64,000 nucleotides of DNA, taken from Candidatus Omnitrophota bacterium (GTDB taxonomy: Bacteria > Omnitrophota > Gorgyraeia > JABMRN01 > RBG-13-46-9). The position numbers were made by a program, and so were the translations under genes. The notes under the pieces are model-generated. The model was not told the origin of the DNA, did no database searches, and was given only the letters and a program-made list of their open reading frames with translations. Position 1 is the first letter of the stretch; the number at the start of each line of letters is the position of its first letter. Location: contig JBDRHE010000069.1 of the NCBI GenBank assembly GCA_043817155.1, forward strand, positions 3,244 to 67,243, written 5' to 3'. Below, in pieces: positions 25,037 through 34,773 of the stretch.

Positions 25037-26326
25037 TCACTTCTTCGCCGTTAAGCATCTTTCGCTAATTTTAAGAGAACAATAATCGCTGCACATCGTA
25101 CATACATCATTTATAAGCGGAGTAGAGCTACTTCTGTATTTCTTACACCTCTTTGGGTTAATAGCCAGAGCAAACTGCCTTTTCCAATCCCTGGAAAAAC
25201 GGGCTTTTGATATGGCGCGGTCTTTCTCTACGGCGCCCGGTACCCCCTTTGCGATATCCCCCACGTGCGCTGCTATCTTTGAAGCAATTACCCCCTCTTC
25301 GACATCTTCAAGCGTAGGCAGCCGCAGATGTTCAGCCGGCGTAACGTAACATAGATAGTCCGCTCCGTAGCTTGCCGCAAGCGCGCCACCGATAGCGCTG
25401 GTAATGTGGTCATATCCTGGCGCAATATCAGTTACCAGCGGTCCCAGCACATAAAAGGGGGCGCCATTGCATATAGATTTCTGCAACTCAACATTTGTCT
25501 TAATCTGATCTATGGGGACATGTCCCGGACCCTCTATGATCACTTGAACACCCTTGCGAAACGCTCTTCTTTGCAGATCTCCCAGTACCAATAATTCATC
25601 AAGCTGCGGCTTATCCGTCGCATCCGCGATCGCGCCCGGCCGCATCCCATCACCTAGACTCAGCGTTATATCGAAGCTCTTCGCTATATCAATTATTTCA
25701 TCGAACATCCTATAGAGGGGGTTCTCCAGGCCGTTACGCAGCATCCATTCCATAAGAATGGCCCCACCCCTGGATACCATACCCATTATACGGTTACTCT
25801 CGATGAGGGACTTTACTGTCTTTTGTGTAATGCCCGAATGTATCGTAAAGAAATCGACACCCTCGGTCGCCTGATCCCTTATCGTATCCATAAAGAAAGA
25901 TTCCGGTATACTCTCCAGACTACCGTACTGCTGCGTTCCCAAAACGGCTATTTCATACAGAGGTACCGTACCCAGCGGTATATTGGAATTTTCCAATATA
26001 TTCGCGCGTACCTTCTTTAGATCCTTACTCGTAGATAGATCCATCACAGTATCCGCGCCCAGGGATTCGGCCTTCTTCAACTTCTTTAATTCAAAAGCAA
26101 CGCTCGATTGGTCCCGAGAAGTGCCGATATTTGCGTTGATCTTTGTCGCCAAACCCTTTCCGATGGCGCACGGCTTCTTTAGCGGTCTTTTTCGATTCTT
26201 AGGGATAACTACATACCCGCGAGATATGTTCTCCGAAAGAATAGATTTGTCTATTTTTTCAACCGCAGCGATCCTCTTGATAATAGACGGTGATATCCCC
26301 GCTTTTACTTTTTCGATCAATGTCAT
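25037..26326 (-). CDS. thiC: Phosphomethylpyrimidine synthase
   Basis: TKINANIGTS, GADTVMDLS, SLGDGMRPG, EGPGH, CYVTPAEHL, CTMCSDYC. Confidence 0.93.
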   Translation of the reverse strand: MTLIEKVKAGISPSIIKRIAAVEKIDKSILSENISRGYVVIPKNRKRPLKKPCAIGKGLATKINANIGTSRDQSSVAFELKKLKKAESLGADTVMDLSTSKDLKKVRANILENSNIPLGTVPLYEIAVLGTQQYGSLESIPESFFMDTIRDQATEGVDFFTIHSGITQKTVKSLIESNRIMGMVSRGGAILMEWMLRNGLENPLYRMFDEIIDIAKSFDITLSLGDGMRPGAIADATDKPQLDELLVLGDLQRRAFRKGVQVIIEGPGHVPIDQIKTNVELQKSICNGAPFYVLGPLVTDIAPGYDHITSAIGGALAASYGADYLCYVTPAEHLRLPTLEDVEEGVIASKIAAHVGDIAKGVPGAVEKDRAISKARFSRDWKRQFALAINPKRCKKYRSSSTPLINDVCTMCSDYCSLKISERCLTAKK

Positions 26327-26327
26327 C

Positions 26328-26957
26328 TTATTGGCTCCCTGCCCTTAGCAGTTCCTTTTTTATGGCCTTTATCTGGAATATCGACCTTGCGACACAAATT
26401 CCGTCAGCGCCGCTTTCAAAAACGTCCCTAATGTTTCTTTTATTGATCCCGCCGATCGCAAAGACCGGAACGCGCGAAACTTTCTTAACTCTTTTAACGA
26501 ACTCCACACCCGCCTGCTTCAATCCACGTTTCAATGGTGTAGCAAATACCGGTCCGGCGCCGATATAGCTTATCGGTTTACTGCTCGCGTTTCTGGCTTC
26601 CCGCACAAAGTGCACGGTCGCACCGATAAGGCTCTTCTTCTTAAGCAATCTTAGTACCGATCCCTGCGCAAAATCCCCACTTCCTAAATGTACGCCGTGC
26701 GCGTCACTTGCAAGCGCAACGTCTATCCTATCATTTATTACCAGCGTCTTCTTATGAAATGCTGCAACACGCCTTATCGTCTTAGCAAGGCGGACCAATA
26801 CATAAGAGGGGAGATTCTTGAATCTAAGCTGTATAATGTCGGCTCCGTTCCTGAACAAGTGATCAGCCAGTTTTACGGGATCATTCCCACGAATAACTTC
26901 GCTGTCAATTATGCAATAAAGCTTCCAGTTTGACACTGGACCTCTTTTCCAGCTCAT
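26328..26957 (-). CDS. thiE: Thiamine-phosphate synthase
   Basis: IIQLR, INDRIDVA, GVHLG, GPVFAT, VFAIGGI; exact start uncertain (GTG 26936 is an alternative). Confidence 0.85.
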   Translation of the reverse strand: MSWKRGPVSNWKLYCIIDSEVIRGNDPVKLADHLFRNGADIIQLRFKNLPSYVLVRLAKTIRRVAAFHKKTLVINDRIDVALASDAHGVHLGSGDFAQGSVLRLLKKKSLIGATVHFVREARNASSKPISYIGAGPVFATPLKRGLKQAGVEFVKRVKKVSRVPVFAIGGINKRNIRDVFESGADGICVARSIFQIKAIKKELLRAGSQ

Positions 26958-27330
26958 ATGCTCTAAAACGCGTCTTTTTAAAGCTTTGAGATATTTTTTT
27001 GTCTATGAGCTTCGATATCTCTTCAAGCACCCTTAACGCTTCCTTTGTCCGCTGCGCATTAGCGCAAAAGATATCTCTGACATCTCTTCGCCTGCTTTCG
27101 GTGCGAATAGTCGATCTGCCATAGTCCCTTCGGATGTTTCGCGCTCTTAGAATGAGAGGCTTTGTGCGGTGGGCCCTCTTCGCCAGTTCTCTTACACGGT
27201 GCCTTAACGACTTAAAAGACCTGAGCAGACTCTTATCTTCTAAGATAAAACGTACAATGTCTTCGCAAACCCGGAGGCCCTCCTGTGACCTGTTCAGATT
27301 TACATCAATGATTCTTAAAAGTTTATCCAT
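26905..27330 (-). CDS. Stand-alone helical domain normally fused to the N-terminus of cyanobacterial-type ThiE (ThiD2-like)
   Basis: RIIDVNLNRSQEGLRVCEDIVRF...ANAQRTKEALRVLEE...RFRAYELEK. Confidence 0.8.
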   Translation of the reverse strand: MDKLLRIIDVNLNRSQEGLRVCEDIVRFILEDKSLLRSFKSLRHRVRELAKRAHRTKPLILRARNIRRDYGRSTIRTESRRRDVRDIFCANAQRTKEALRVLEEISKLIDKKISQSFKKTRFRAYELEKRSSVKLEALLHN

Positions 27331-27426
27331 TTTGCTCGAAACTACTAACCGGCGTTTCACGTTTAACGTATAGGCTAGTATTTTACGTTTATAAATACTC
27401 TTTCTTTCTAACCCATCCGCTATGCG

Positions 27427-27924
27427 CTATCCACTAATCTTTTTTATGCGCTCAATTAATGAAGTTGTCGAATACCCTTTAACGAACGGTACAGTTACCA
27501 CCCTGCCGCCGAACCTCTTTACATGATCCGCGCCAACTATATCCTTTTTGCGCCAGTCTCCGCCTTTTACAAGGATGTCCGGCGTAAGACTTGTTATGAT
27601 TCTCCCGGGTGTTGAGTCTCCAAATATGGTAACATAATCGATAGACTCAAGAGCCGATAGAACGATCGATCTTTCACGCTCTTTCGTTACAGGCCGGCCT
27701 CTTCCTTTTATCCTCCTTACAGAGGAATCGCTATTGAGGCCTACTATAAGCACCGAACCGAGTTCCTTACATTTTTTAAGATATGAGACGTGGCCAAAGT
27801 GAATAATGTCGAAACAGCCATTGGTAAATACGATCTTCTTGCGCATCTTCTTCGCTGCTCTTACGATCCGCTTCAATTCGTTTAATGTCTTTATTTTTTT
27901 TGATTTGGCCAATCTACTCTCCAT
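27427..27924 (-). CDS. rfaE2: D-glycero-beta-D-manno-heptose 1-phosphate adenylyltransferase
   Basis: VFTNGCFDIIHFGH, GLNSDSSV, LVKGGD, GYSTT. Confidence 0.92.
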   Translation of the reverse strand: MESRLAKSKKIKTLNELKRIVRAAKKMRKKIVFTNGCFDIIHFGHVSYLKKCKELGSVLIVGLNSDSSVRRIKGRGRPVTKERERSIVLSALESIDYVTIFGDSTPGRIITSLTPDILVKGGDWRKKDIVGADHVKRFGGRVVTVPFVKGYSTTSLIERIKKISG

Positions 27925-27925
27925 A

Positions 27926-28146
27926 TTCTAGCTTCTTAGAGCATTAGCTAACTAGCTTCTTAGGTAAGACTAATTCTCACATGTCCTAAAAGGCTAGTAA
28001 GCTAAGAAGCTTCCCATAACGTTTCCCACATTCCCTAAAAAGCTAGAAAGCTAAGAAGCTAAAGCTCTAATGCTCTATTTACCAGCTAGAAAGCTTCCTG
28101 AACATTTTCCCACATTACCTAATAAGCTAAAAAGCTAAGAAGCTAG
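27926..28146. repeat. AAGCTARR octamer-based repeat region with three ~37-bp direct repeats
   Basis: TTCYCACATKNCCTAA...AAGCTAAGAAGCT three times, with an inverted TAGCTTCTTAG array on the left. Confidence 0.75.
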
Positions 28147-28709
28147 AAAGCTTCTTCTATGAGTTCACAGATAATATGTATCACAAGTATATGCGCTTCC
28201 TGCACGCGAGGCGTATCGCCGGACGCAACAGCGATAGTGACATCCGCGATGTCTCTTATGCCTGCTCCTCCATTACCGGCAAACGCGATAGTTCCCATCC
28301 CGATCCTGTGCGCCTCTTTAAGAGCCTCGATAACATTGACGGATCTTCCGCTTGTCGATAGACCGACGGCTACATCACCTTTTTGTCCAAGCGCCTCAAC
28401 CTGCCTCTTGAAGCATATGCTATATTCGTAATCATTCGCGAGCGCAGTAAGCGTCGAAGTGTTTGTAGTCAGAGCTACAGCCGGCAAGGCCCTGCGCTCC
28501 TTCTTAAAACGTCCAACCAACTCACCAACCATGTGCTGGCTATCCGCGGCGCTACCCCCATTCCCGAAAACAAGTACCTTGTGCCCGCTCTTTAGAGCTT
28601 CCACAAGTCGAGTAGCAGATTTCTCGATCGACCTGAGACACTCCTCGGAAAGCAGCGATCTCTTTGCATCCCGGCTCTCTTCGATCAATCTCTTGATCTT
28701 TTCCCGCAT
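28143..28709 (-). CDS. gmhA: Phosphoheptose (sedoheptulose-7-phosphate) isomerase
   Basis: GNGGSAADSQH, ANDY, STSG, TPRVQEAH. Confidence 0.94.
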   Translation of the reverse strand: MREKIKRLIEESRDAKRSLLSEECLRSIEKSATRLVEALKSGHKVLVFGNGGSAADSQHMVGELVGRFKKERRALPAVALTTNTSTLTALANDYEYSICFKRQVEALGQKGDVAVGLSTSGRSVNVIEALKEAHRIGMGTIAFAGNGGAGIRDIADVTIAVASGDTPRVQEAHILVIHIICELIEEAF

Positions 28710-28722
28710 CTCTTCTCCCCTC

Positions 28723-29757
28723 TTAGCCAAAGAATAGCTTAGCCATTTCGTAAAATTTCATATCTACGGTCTTAAGCGTGCCGACAGCATCTTCGATCGG
28801 GACACCTACAATTTCATTTCCTTTGAGACTTGCCATCTTACCGAAGTCGCCGCTTAGCGCAAGCTCGACGGCCTTTACGCCAAATCTCGTTGCCAGCACT
28901 CTGTCGAACGCGCTTGGAGTGCCGCCCCTCTGTATGTGACCAAGAACCGTTACCCTGGTCTCGTAACCTGTCCGTTTTTCAATCTCCTGGCCAAGCATCT
29001 GTCCTATGCCTCCCAGAAGAACGTGTCCAAAAGAATCCTTCTTCTCGGTCTTAAGAACCAGGCTCTCTTCCTTCATTCTTGCGCCTTCGGCAACAGCGAT
29101 AATACTGAAATCCTTATCGCCCTCATGCCTCTCCTTTATAACCCTGCAAATTTCATCCATGTCGATCGGGACCTCCGGTATAAGTATGAGATCCGCTCCG
29201 CCCGCGATCCCGGCATAGGTTGTTATCCAACCGGCATGGCGTCCCATTATCTCTACTACCATAATGCGGTGGTGACTCTCCGCGGTCGTATGGAGCCTAT
29301 CGATAGCTTCTGTAGCGATATTGACAGCCGTATCGAAGCCGAATGTGAAGTCCGTGCATGAAAGATCGTTATCGATGGTTTTCGGTACTCCGACAACGTT
29401 AATGCCCTCTTTTGACAGTTTAGACGCTACGCCGAGAGTATCCTCTCCCCCTATCACGATAAGCGCATCCAGATGTAAGGCAGCAAAATTCTTCTTAACC
29501 TTTTCTACATCGCCCTTGCCCTTATATGGATTGGTTCTGCTCGTGCCAAGTATTGTGCCACCCCTGGGCAGGATACCGGATACAGAATTACGATCAAGTT
29601 CGATCACATCCTTCTCTATAAGTCCTTTCCAACCGTTCCGTATTCCCACAATCTTTACATTCTCTTTAAGTGCTTTTCTCACAATGGCCCTTATGGTCGG
29701 ATTTAAACCCGGGCAATCTCCTCCGCCGGTTAAAACCCCTATGCTCTTGACGCCCAT
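28723..29757 (-). CDS. pfkA: 6-phosphofructokinase
   Basis: GGGDCPG, GGTILGTSR, GGEDT, PKTIDND, MGRHAG, LGHIQRGG. Confidence 0.94.
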   Translation of the reverse strand: MGVKSIGVLTGGGDCPGLNPTIRAIVRKALKENVKIVGIRNGWKGLIEKDVIELDRNSVSGILPRGGTILGTSRTNPYKGKGDVEKVKKNFAALHLDALIVIGGEDTLGVASKLSKEGINVVGVPKTIDNDLSCTDFTFGFDTAVNIATEAIDRLHTTAESHHRIMVVEIMGRHAGWITTYAGIAGGADLILIPEVPIDMDEICRVIKERHEGDKDFSIIAVAEGARMKEESLVLKTEKKDSFGHVLLGGIGQMLGQEIEKRTGYETRVTVLGHIQRGGTPSAFDRVLATRFGVKAVELALSGDFGKMASLKGNEIVGVPIEDAVGTLKTVDMKFYEMAKLFFG

Positions 29758-29820
29758 CTCTCTTTCCTCCTTCACTTTTCAGTTATTAGCTTCTTACCCT
29801 CGATCGCGATCGGCGAACAG

Positions 29821-30420
29821 CTAATCTGCGAACGGCATCCGCCTGGATACCTCTTCCGGCTCGCCTTCCGGCGGCTGTTGTTCGACTCTGCCTTTTGAAG
29901 ATATCTTGTTAACATTTATCTTTATATTGATCGTCTCTTCCACGCCAAGCATATCCTTAACCTTCGACTTAATAAGATTCTGGATCCTCTCGGTCGTCTC
30001 GGGGATGTTTGAGTCTGAGAAGATCGTAGCCCGACAAACTACATTAATACCTTTCTTGCTCGCTGTAACAATAGATTTGAGCTCCTTGACCTCCGGCATC
30101 CGGCGGATGCTCTTTTTTATAAAGTCCTCTATTGCCGCCAGGGAGACCGTAACCTGACCCTCCGGGTTCTCAAATGCGATCGTCTTCTCCTGCTGCATCT
30201 TTCCGAAATTGATCTGGCCGATCAGAAGGCCGATGATAACAAGTACGGCACCGGCAATGCCTACACCCATCCTAACATTCGGGTCTGTATAAACATAATT
30301 TACCAAATTCGCTATATCATCCGCCGCAATAAGATTGAGCGACAGATAGATCAGGATCCCACCGAGACCGACGAAGAAGAACATGCACACCAAAATAAAA
30401 AAACCTTTAATCAATCTCAT
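29821..30420 (-). CDS. amaP: Alkaline shock response membrane anchor protein AmaP-like
   Basis: Two TM helices, GQVTVSLAAIED, Asp23-like C-terminus; directly after accC. Confidence 0.75.
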   Translation of the reverse strand: MRLIKGFFILVCMFFFVGLGGILIYLSLNLIAADDIANLVNYVYTDPNVRMGVGIAGAVLVIIGLLIGQINFGKMQQEKTIAFENPEGQVTVSLAAIEDFIKKSIRRMPEVKELKSIVTASKKGINVVCRATIFSDSNIPETTERIQNLIKSKVKDMLGVEETINIKINVNKISSKGRVEQQPPEGEPEEVSRRMPFAD

Positions 30421-30439
30421 TATTACCTCCATCTTTAAC

Positions 30440-31786
30440 CTATATCTTCTCGTACATCTTATCCGCAAAAGATGTTGAGTATTTTCCTCTTATGAACGCG
30501 GGGTTGGACAGGACCTTCCGGTGAAATTCAACAGTTGTCTTGATAGGTTCTATCATAAATTCTTCAAGCGCCCTCTGCATGACAGAGATGGCAAGGCGTC
30601 TGTTAGCCGCGCATGTCACAACCTTAGCGATCATCGAATCGTAATAAGGCGATATCTCATAGCCGGCATATATGTGCGTATCAACCCTTACGCCGGGCCC
30701 CCCGGGCAGGTTGAGTGAAGCTATCTTACCCGGACACGGCCGGAAGTCGTTATCAGGATCCTCGGCATATATGCGACACTCTATAGAACTTCCCTTGACA
30801 TCCGTATCATCCTGCTTTCTTGTCAGCTTCTCGCCGGCAGCCACCCTTATCTGCTCCTTTACAATATCCATTCCTGTTAGCATCTCCGTTACGGGGTGTT
30901 CGACCTGCACGCGTGTATTCATCTCCATAAAGTAAAAATTATTATTCTTATCCATAAGAAATTCGATCGTGCCGGCATTCACATACCCTATGGACTTAGC
31001 GCACTTTATGGAGAGATCGCCCATCTTCTTTCTCAATTTCTTGTTCATGAAGGGTGAGGGGGACTCTTCGATCAATTTCTGGTGCCGCCTCTGTATCGTG
31101 CAATCCCTCTCGCCCAGATGTATAATGTGCCCGTATAAATCACCCATGAGCTGAAATTCGATATGACGCGGCTCATCTATATACTTCTCGATATAGACGC
31201 TGGGATTGCCGAAAGCAGCTTCGGCCTCTCTCTGCGCCGTCAGAAAGGCGCTTACAAGGCGAACATCATTATGACAGACGCGCATCCCTTTCCCGCCGCC
31301 ACCCAGAGCCGCCTTTATGATGACGGGGTAATTTATCTTCTTGGCTATCTTTAAGGCTTCCTCTTTTGAGTTTACAACGCTCAGGCTGCCCGGGATGACC
31401 GGAAGACCTGCCTTCTTGGCTACCTGCTTGGCAGCCATCTTATCGCCCATGAGCCTTATGTTCTCAGGCGTCGGTCCGATAAACTTTATCTGGCAAGATT
31501 CGCATATTTCAGCGAAATGCGCGTCCTCCGCGAGAAAGCCGTAACCCGGATGTATAGCTTCAACATCGGTAATTTCTGCTGCGCTTATTATGCTCGGTAT
31601 ATTTAAGTAGCTGTCTATGGCCGGCGCCTTCCCTATACAGATCGCTTCATCGGCCAATCTCACGTGCAAGCTCTCCCTGTCGATCTCGGAAAAGACCGCA
31701 ACCGTCCCTATGCCAAGCTCCTTACAGGCCCTTATCACCCGTACAGCGATCTCGCCCCTATTTGCTATTAATATCTTTGAGAACAT
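30440..31786 (-). CDS. accC: Acetyl-CoA carboxylase, biotin carboxylase subunit
   Basis: [44 protein letters not shown]. Confidence 0.96.
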   Translation of the reverse strand: MFSKILIANRGEIAVRVIRACKELGIGTVAVFSEIDRESLHVRLADEAICIGKAPAIDSYLNIPSIISAAEITDVEAIHPGYGFLAEDAHFAEICESCQIKFIGPTPENIRLMGDKMAAKQVAKKAGLPVIPGSLSVVNSKEEALKIAKKINYPVIIKAALGGGGKGMRVCHNDVRLVSAFLTAQREAEAAFGNPSVYIEKYIDEPRHIEFQLMGDLYGHIIHLGERDCTIQRRHQKLIEESPSPFMNKKLRKKMGDLSIKCAKSIGYVNAGTIEFLMDKNNNFYFMEMNTRVQVEHPVTEMLTGMDIVKEQIRVAAGEKLTRKQDDTDVKGSSIECRIYAEDPDNDFRPCPGKIASLNLPGGPGVRVDTHIYAGYEISPYYDSMIAKVVTCAANRRLAISVMQRALEEFMIEPIKTTVEFHRKVLSNPAFIRGKYSTSFADKMYEKI

Positions 31787-31885
31787 CCGACTACCTCTTG
31801 ATTTAACGTGTAGCCAAATTAATAGTACGGTATCGACAGAAACCGTGTTTTGATATCCGAATTACTATCATACTTTTGCCAACTC

Positions 31886-31951
31886 TGTCATCCCCGCGAA
31901 AGCGGGGATCCAGGCGAGCCACCATGGATTCCCGCTTTCGCGGGAATGACA
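31886..31951. repeat. REP-like doublet family B (TGTCATCCCCGCG..AGCGGGGATCCA / TGGATTCCCGC..CGCGGGAATGACA)
   Basis: Six copies: 31886, 35982, 38145 (inverted), 43139, 49872, 59111. Confidence 0.88.
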
Positions 31952-31958
31952 AAAATAA

Positions 31959-32402
31959 TTAAGACGGTTCAACTAGGAATAGGACCTGCCCGAACTCGAT
32001 GGGCTCAGCGTTTTCCACAACGATGTCTACTATCTTACCGCTCACATCGGACTTGATCTCATTCATAAGTTTCATTGCTTCAATGACACAAAGTATCTGG
32101 CCCTCTTTTATGACTGAACCTATATCCACGAATGGCTTGGCATCGGGCGAGGGCGATAGATAAAGCGTTCCGACCATCGGCGCCTTGATCTCTACTATGT
32201 TCGTCTTCTCTTCTTTGACCTGCACAGGGGCTACCTGCGTAGCAGGCGTAAGAACCGGCGAGGGAACATGCAAGGCCTTCCCGATCTGTCCGTCCTGACC
32301 CTTCCTTAAATGTATCTTCGCTCCTTCATCTTCTATGCTTATCTCCGTAAGATTATACCTCTCCATCAGGCCTATGACCTCTTCGATCTTCTTGATATTC
32401 AT
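31959..32402 (-). CDS. accB: Biotin carboxyl carrier protein
   Basis: APMVGT, IEAMKLMNEI. Confidence 0.96.
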   Translation of the reverse strand: MNIKKIEEVIGLMERYNLTEISIEDEGAKIHLRKGQDGQIGKALHVPSPVLTPATQVAPVQVKEEKTNIVEIKAPMVGTLYLSPSPDAKPFVDIGSVIKEGQILCVIEAMKLMNEIKSDVSGKIVDIVVENAEPIEFGQVLFLVEPS

Positions 32403-32411
32403 TTGCACCCC

Positions 32412-32969
32412 CTAGGCGCGACCGGCGTAATCCCCGGTACGCGTATCTACTTTGATAGTCTCATCGTTATTTATGAACAGAGGCACCCTTACCGTTGCTC
32501 CAGTCTCTACGGTAGCCGGTTTAAAGCCGCCTTTTGCAGTATCGCCTTTTATCCCGGGTTCAGTATATGTCACTTTAAGCTCTACGAACGACGGAAGCGT
32601 AATGCCGACTACCGAGTTATTGTACATGGAGGCCGTTATCTCCATCCCATCCTTGAGATACTTCGCATTATCGCCTATCATCTCTTCGGATATGCCCAGC
32701 TGTTCATACGTCGTCTGATCCATGAAATGGTATCCCATCTGATCTTTGTATAAAAACTGCTTCTTCTTCTCTTCGATATAGGCCTGCTTGAAACTGTCAT
32801 CCGGCCTGTATGTCTTTTCGGCAATGGTTCCGTTTTGCAGGTTCTTGAGCTTCGCCCTTACAAAAGCCCCTCCTTTGCCGGGTTTTGTGTGCTGCTGAGA
32901 CAATACCATATGGAGCACATTATCGATCAAAACAACAACTCCGTTCCTGAATTGACGCGCAGTAATCAT
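32412..32969 (-). CDS. efp: Elongation factor P
   Basis: KPGKGGAFVRAKLK, PGIKGDTA, VPLFI, DTRTG. Confidence 0.97.
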   Translation of the reverse strand: MITARQFRNGVVVLIDNVLHMVLSQQHTKPGKGGAFVRAKLKNLQNGTIAEKTYRPDDSFKQAYIEEKKKQFLYKDQMGYHFMDQTTYEQLGISEEMIGDNAKYLKDGMEITASMYNNSVVGITLPSFVELKVTYTEPGIKGDTAKGGFKPATVETGATVRVPLFINNDETIKVDTRTGDYAGRA

Positions 32970-34006
32970 CGTGTTAAAACCTCCGGACCATTATCGGTCA
33001 AATAAACCAGATCCTCTATCCTTATGCCACCAAGACGCGGTATATAGAGGCCCGGTTCAACAGTAAATACCATTCCCTTCTTAAAAGTCAATTTGCTATG
33101 AACTGACAGGTTGGGCGCTTCATGAACCTCCAGGCCCAGCCCGTGTCCCAATCCATGAAGAATGAACTTTCCGAAACCTGCTTCCTCGATAAAGAGGTTT
33201 ACCTTCCTGACTACCCGGGAGATGCTTACTCCGGGTTTTATTAACCTGAGAGCCAGCCTCTGCGCATCCTTAACGATCCCGTAAATTCTCTTTATCTTTC
33301 CTTTCATGCCCCCCGTAAATACTACCCTGGTGAAGTCCGAACAATAGCTTTCAAACCTGGCGCCGAAATCGAGTAGCACTATATCGTCCTTTTTGATCCT
33401 TCTCTGTGATGCAATCGCATGGGGCCACGCGCTGCGGTGTCCGCTTGCAACAATAGTTTCAAAACTGTTAGTCGCGCCCGCCATCCTCATCATCATATCT
33501 ATTTCGTTCGCAATAGCCTTTTCTCTCACACCAGGCTTGATAAAGCGCCGGATAGCCGGAAATATCTTCTTCGTAATACGAGCCGCTCTCTTTATCTTCA
33601 ATATCTCCTCTTTGCACTTAACGGCCCGGGCGGTCTCGATTATCCTTTTGGTCGGTACGAGCCTTATCTTGCGTAACGCGCCTTTCAGCTTCTCATGCTC
33701 ATCGTAGGAGAGATGCTTCGATTCAAATCCAAGCTTGCTCACTTTTCCTTCCTTCAGAATTTCGCTAACCACAGCCGGATCGATCTTCCTGGCACGTTCA
33801 AATTCATACCCTTCCACACACGCCTTAGCCGCATCTAAAGCGCGCTCATCGGTAAAAAAGAACCTGTCGCCCCGGGTTGTCAAAAGCAGGAATACATCCT
33901 TGCCGGGGAAATCGGTTAAATACAGTATATTGCTCTCGCCTGTAACGAGCAACGCATCGAGCCCGGCTTTCTTTATCAAAGATCTTGTCTTAACCGACTT
34001 CTCCAT
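32966..34006 (-). CDS. Xaa-Pro aminopeptidase/dipeptidase (M24B)
   Basis: PHA, DFGA..YCSDFTR, HGLGHGLGLEVHE, TVEPG, GIRIED; start at MEKSVK just after the aroQ stop. Confidence 0.9.
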   Translation of the reverse strand: MEKSVKTRSLIKKAGLDALLVTGESNILYLTDFPGKDVFLLLTTRGDRFFFTDERALDAAKACVEGYEFERARKIDPAVVSEILKEGKVSKLGFESKHLSYDEHEKLKGALRKIRLVPTKRIIETARAVKCKEEILKIKRAARITKKIFPAIRRFIKPGVREKAIANEIDMMMRMAGATNSFETIVASGHRSAWPHAIASQRRIKKDDIVLLDFGARFESYCSDFTRVVFTGGMKGKIKRIYGIVKDAQRLALRLIKPGVSISRVVRKVNLFIEEAGFGKFILHGLGHGLGLEVHEAPNLSVHSKLTFKKGMVFTVEPGLYIPRLGGIRIEDLVYLTDNGPEVLTR

Positions 34007-34007
34007 T

Positions 34008-34451
34008 CTACTTTTCCTCGGCAAGTTTAAATGCAGCCTCAAACCCCAAAAGATAGCTCTGCAACCCAAAGCCCGAAATCTGACCTTTTGCCACAGGCGC
34101 GATAAGCGATGTGTGCCTGAATGACTCTCTGGAATAAATATTGGAGAGGTGAACCTCGACTGCGGGAATACCTGACCCGGCAATAGCGTCTCTTATCGCC
34201 ACGCTTGTGTGGGTAAAGGCGGCCGGGTTTATAAGTATCGCGTTAACCGAGCTTGCCCTGGCTTTGCCGATAGCGTCGACTATATCACCTTCGTGATTGG
34301 ATTGGAGTATCTCGACGTCTGCCTTCTTCTTCCCTGCGGCAGCTTTAAGCCGGTCATTTATCTCATCTATAGTTATTTTGCCGTATACATCAACTTCGCG
34401 CGTTCCAAGCAAATTAAGATTTGGCCCGTGTATTATCAGTATCTTCGGCAT
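34008..34451 (-). CDS. aroQ: Type II 3-dehydroquinate dehydratase
   Basis: [30 protein letters not shown]. Confidence 0.96.
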   Translation of the reverse strand: MPKILIIHGPNLNLLGTREVDVYGKITIDEINDRLKAAAGKKKADVEILQSNHEGDIVDAIGKARASSVNAILINPAAFTHTSVAIRDAIAGSGIPAVEVHLSNIYSRESFRHTSLIAPVAKGQISGFGLQSYLLGFEAAFKLAEEK

Positions 34452-34465
34452 GGTTAACCTCCGCT

Positions 34466-34633
34466 TTATTCGTAACCCGGTCTTTCCGCCTCTTCGATAA
34501 GCATTACGGGAATATCGTCGCGTATCGGATACCTCCTACCGCACCCTCTGCATACGATCCTATCGTTTTCCATCACGACATCGAACTTGCATGCGGGACA
34601 CGCTAAAACAGCTAACAGTTCCTTGTCTACCAT
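34466..34633 (-). CDS. Trm112/YcaR family protein (55 aa)
   Basis: Below the track cutoff; hand translation [16 protein letters not shown]...[23 protein letters not shown]. Confidence 0.88.
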   Translation of the reverse strand: MVDKELLAVLACPACKFDVVMENDRIVCRGCGRRYPIRDDIPVMLIEEAERPGYE

Positions 34634-34654
34634 ATGCTCTCACCCTTTCCTGGT

Positions 34655-34773
34655 GGAGCCCCCCGTGCTAAAGCCCGGGGCTCCCTCCATCAAAACACAT
34701 ATCCCTTGCCGCAATGAATTTCGCTCGGCCGCAAAGCGGCCAGGCGAAATTCTATCCCGAGCTAAATCCCGGG
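34655..34773. mobile_element. Miniature IS200/IS605-like (PATE-like) remnant
   Basis: Two CCCG.GCTAAA.CCCGGG hairpins resembling IS605-group subterminal palindromes, around a third hairpin. Confidence 0.5.

Noticed and set aside
25037-26326. ThiC paralogue BzaA/B/F (benzimidazole synthesis) given B12 genes in the window
   Set aside because: It is directly coupled to thiE and about 24 kb from the cobalamin genes; ThiC is the simpler call
27976-28146. Three ~37-bp direct repeats as a CRISPR array
   Set aside because: Repeats are degenerate and built from an internal octamer, spacing is irregular (about 11 vs 45 bp), and no cas genes are present
34007-34183. Long N-terminal extensions in the ORF track (peptidase into aroQ; also aroB, dgt, exeA, flippase, pcm, amaP)
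   Set aside because: They overlap upstream genes, promoters or repeats; downstream ATGs fit family N-termini and RBS or promoter positions
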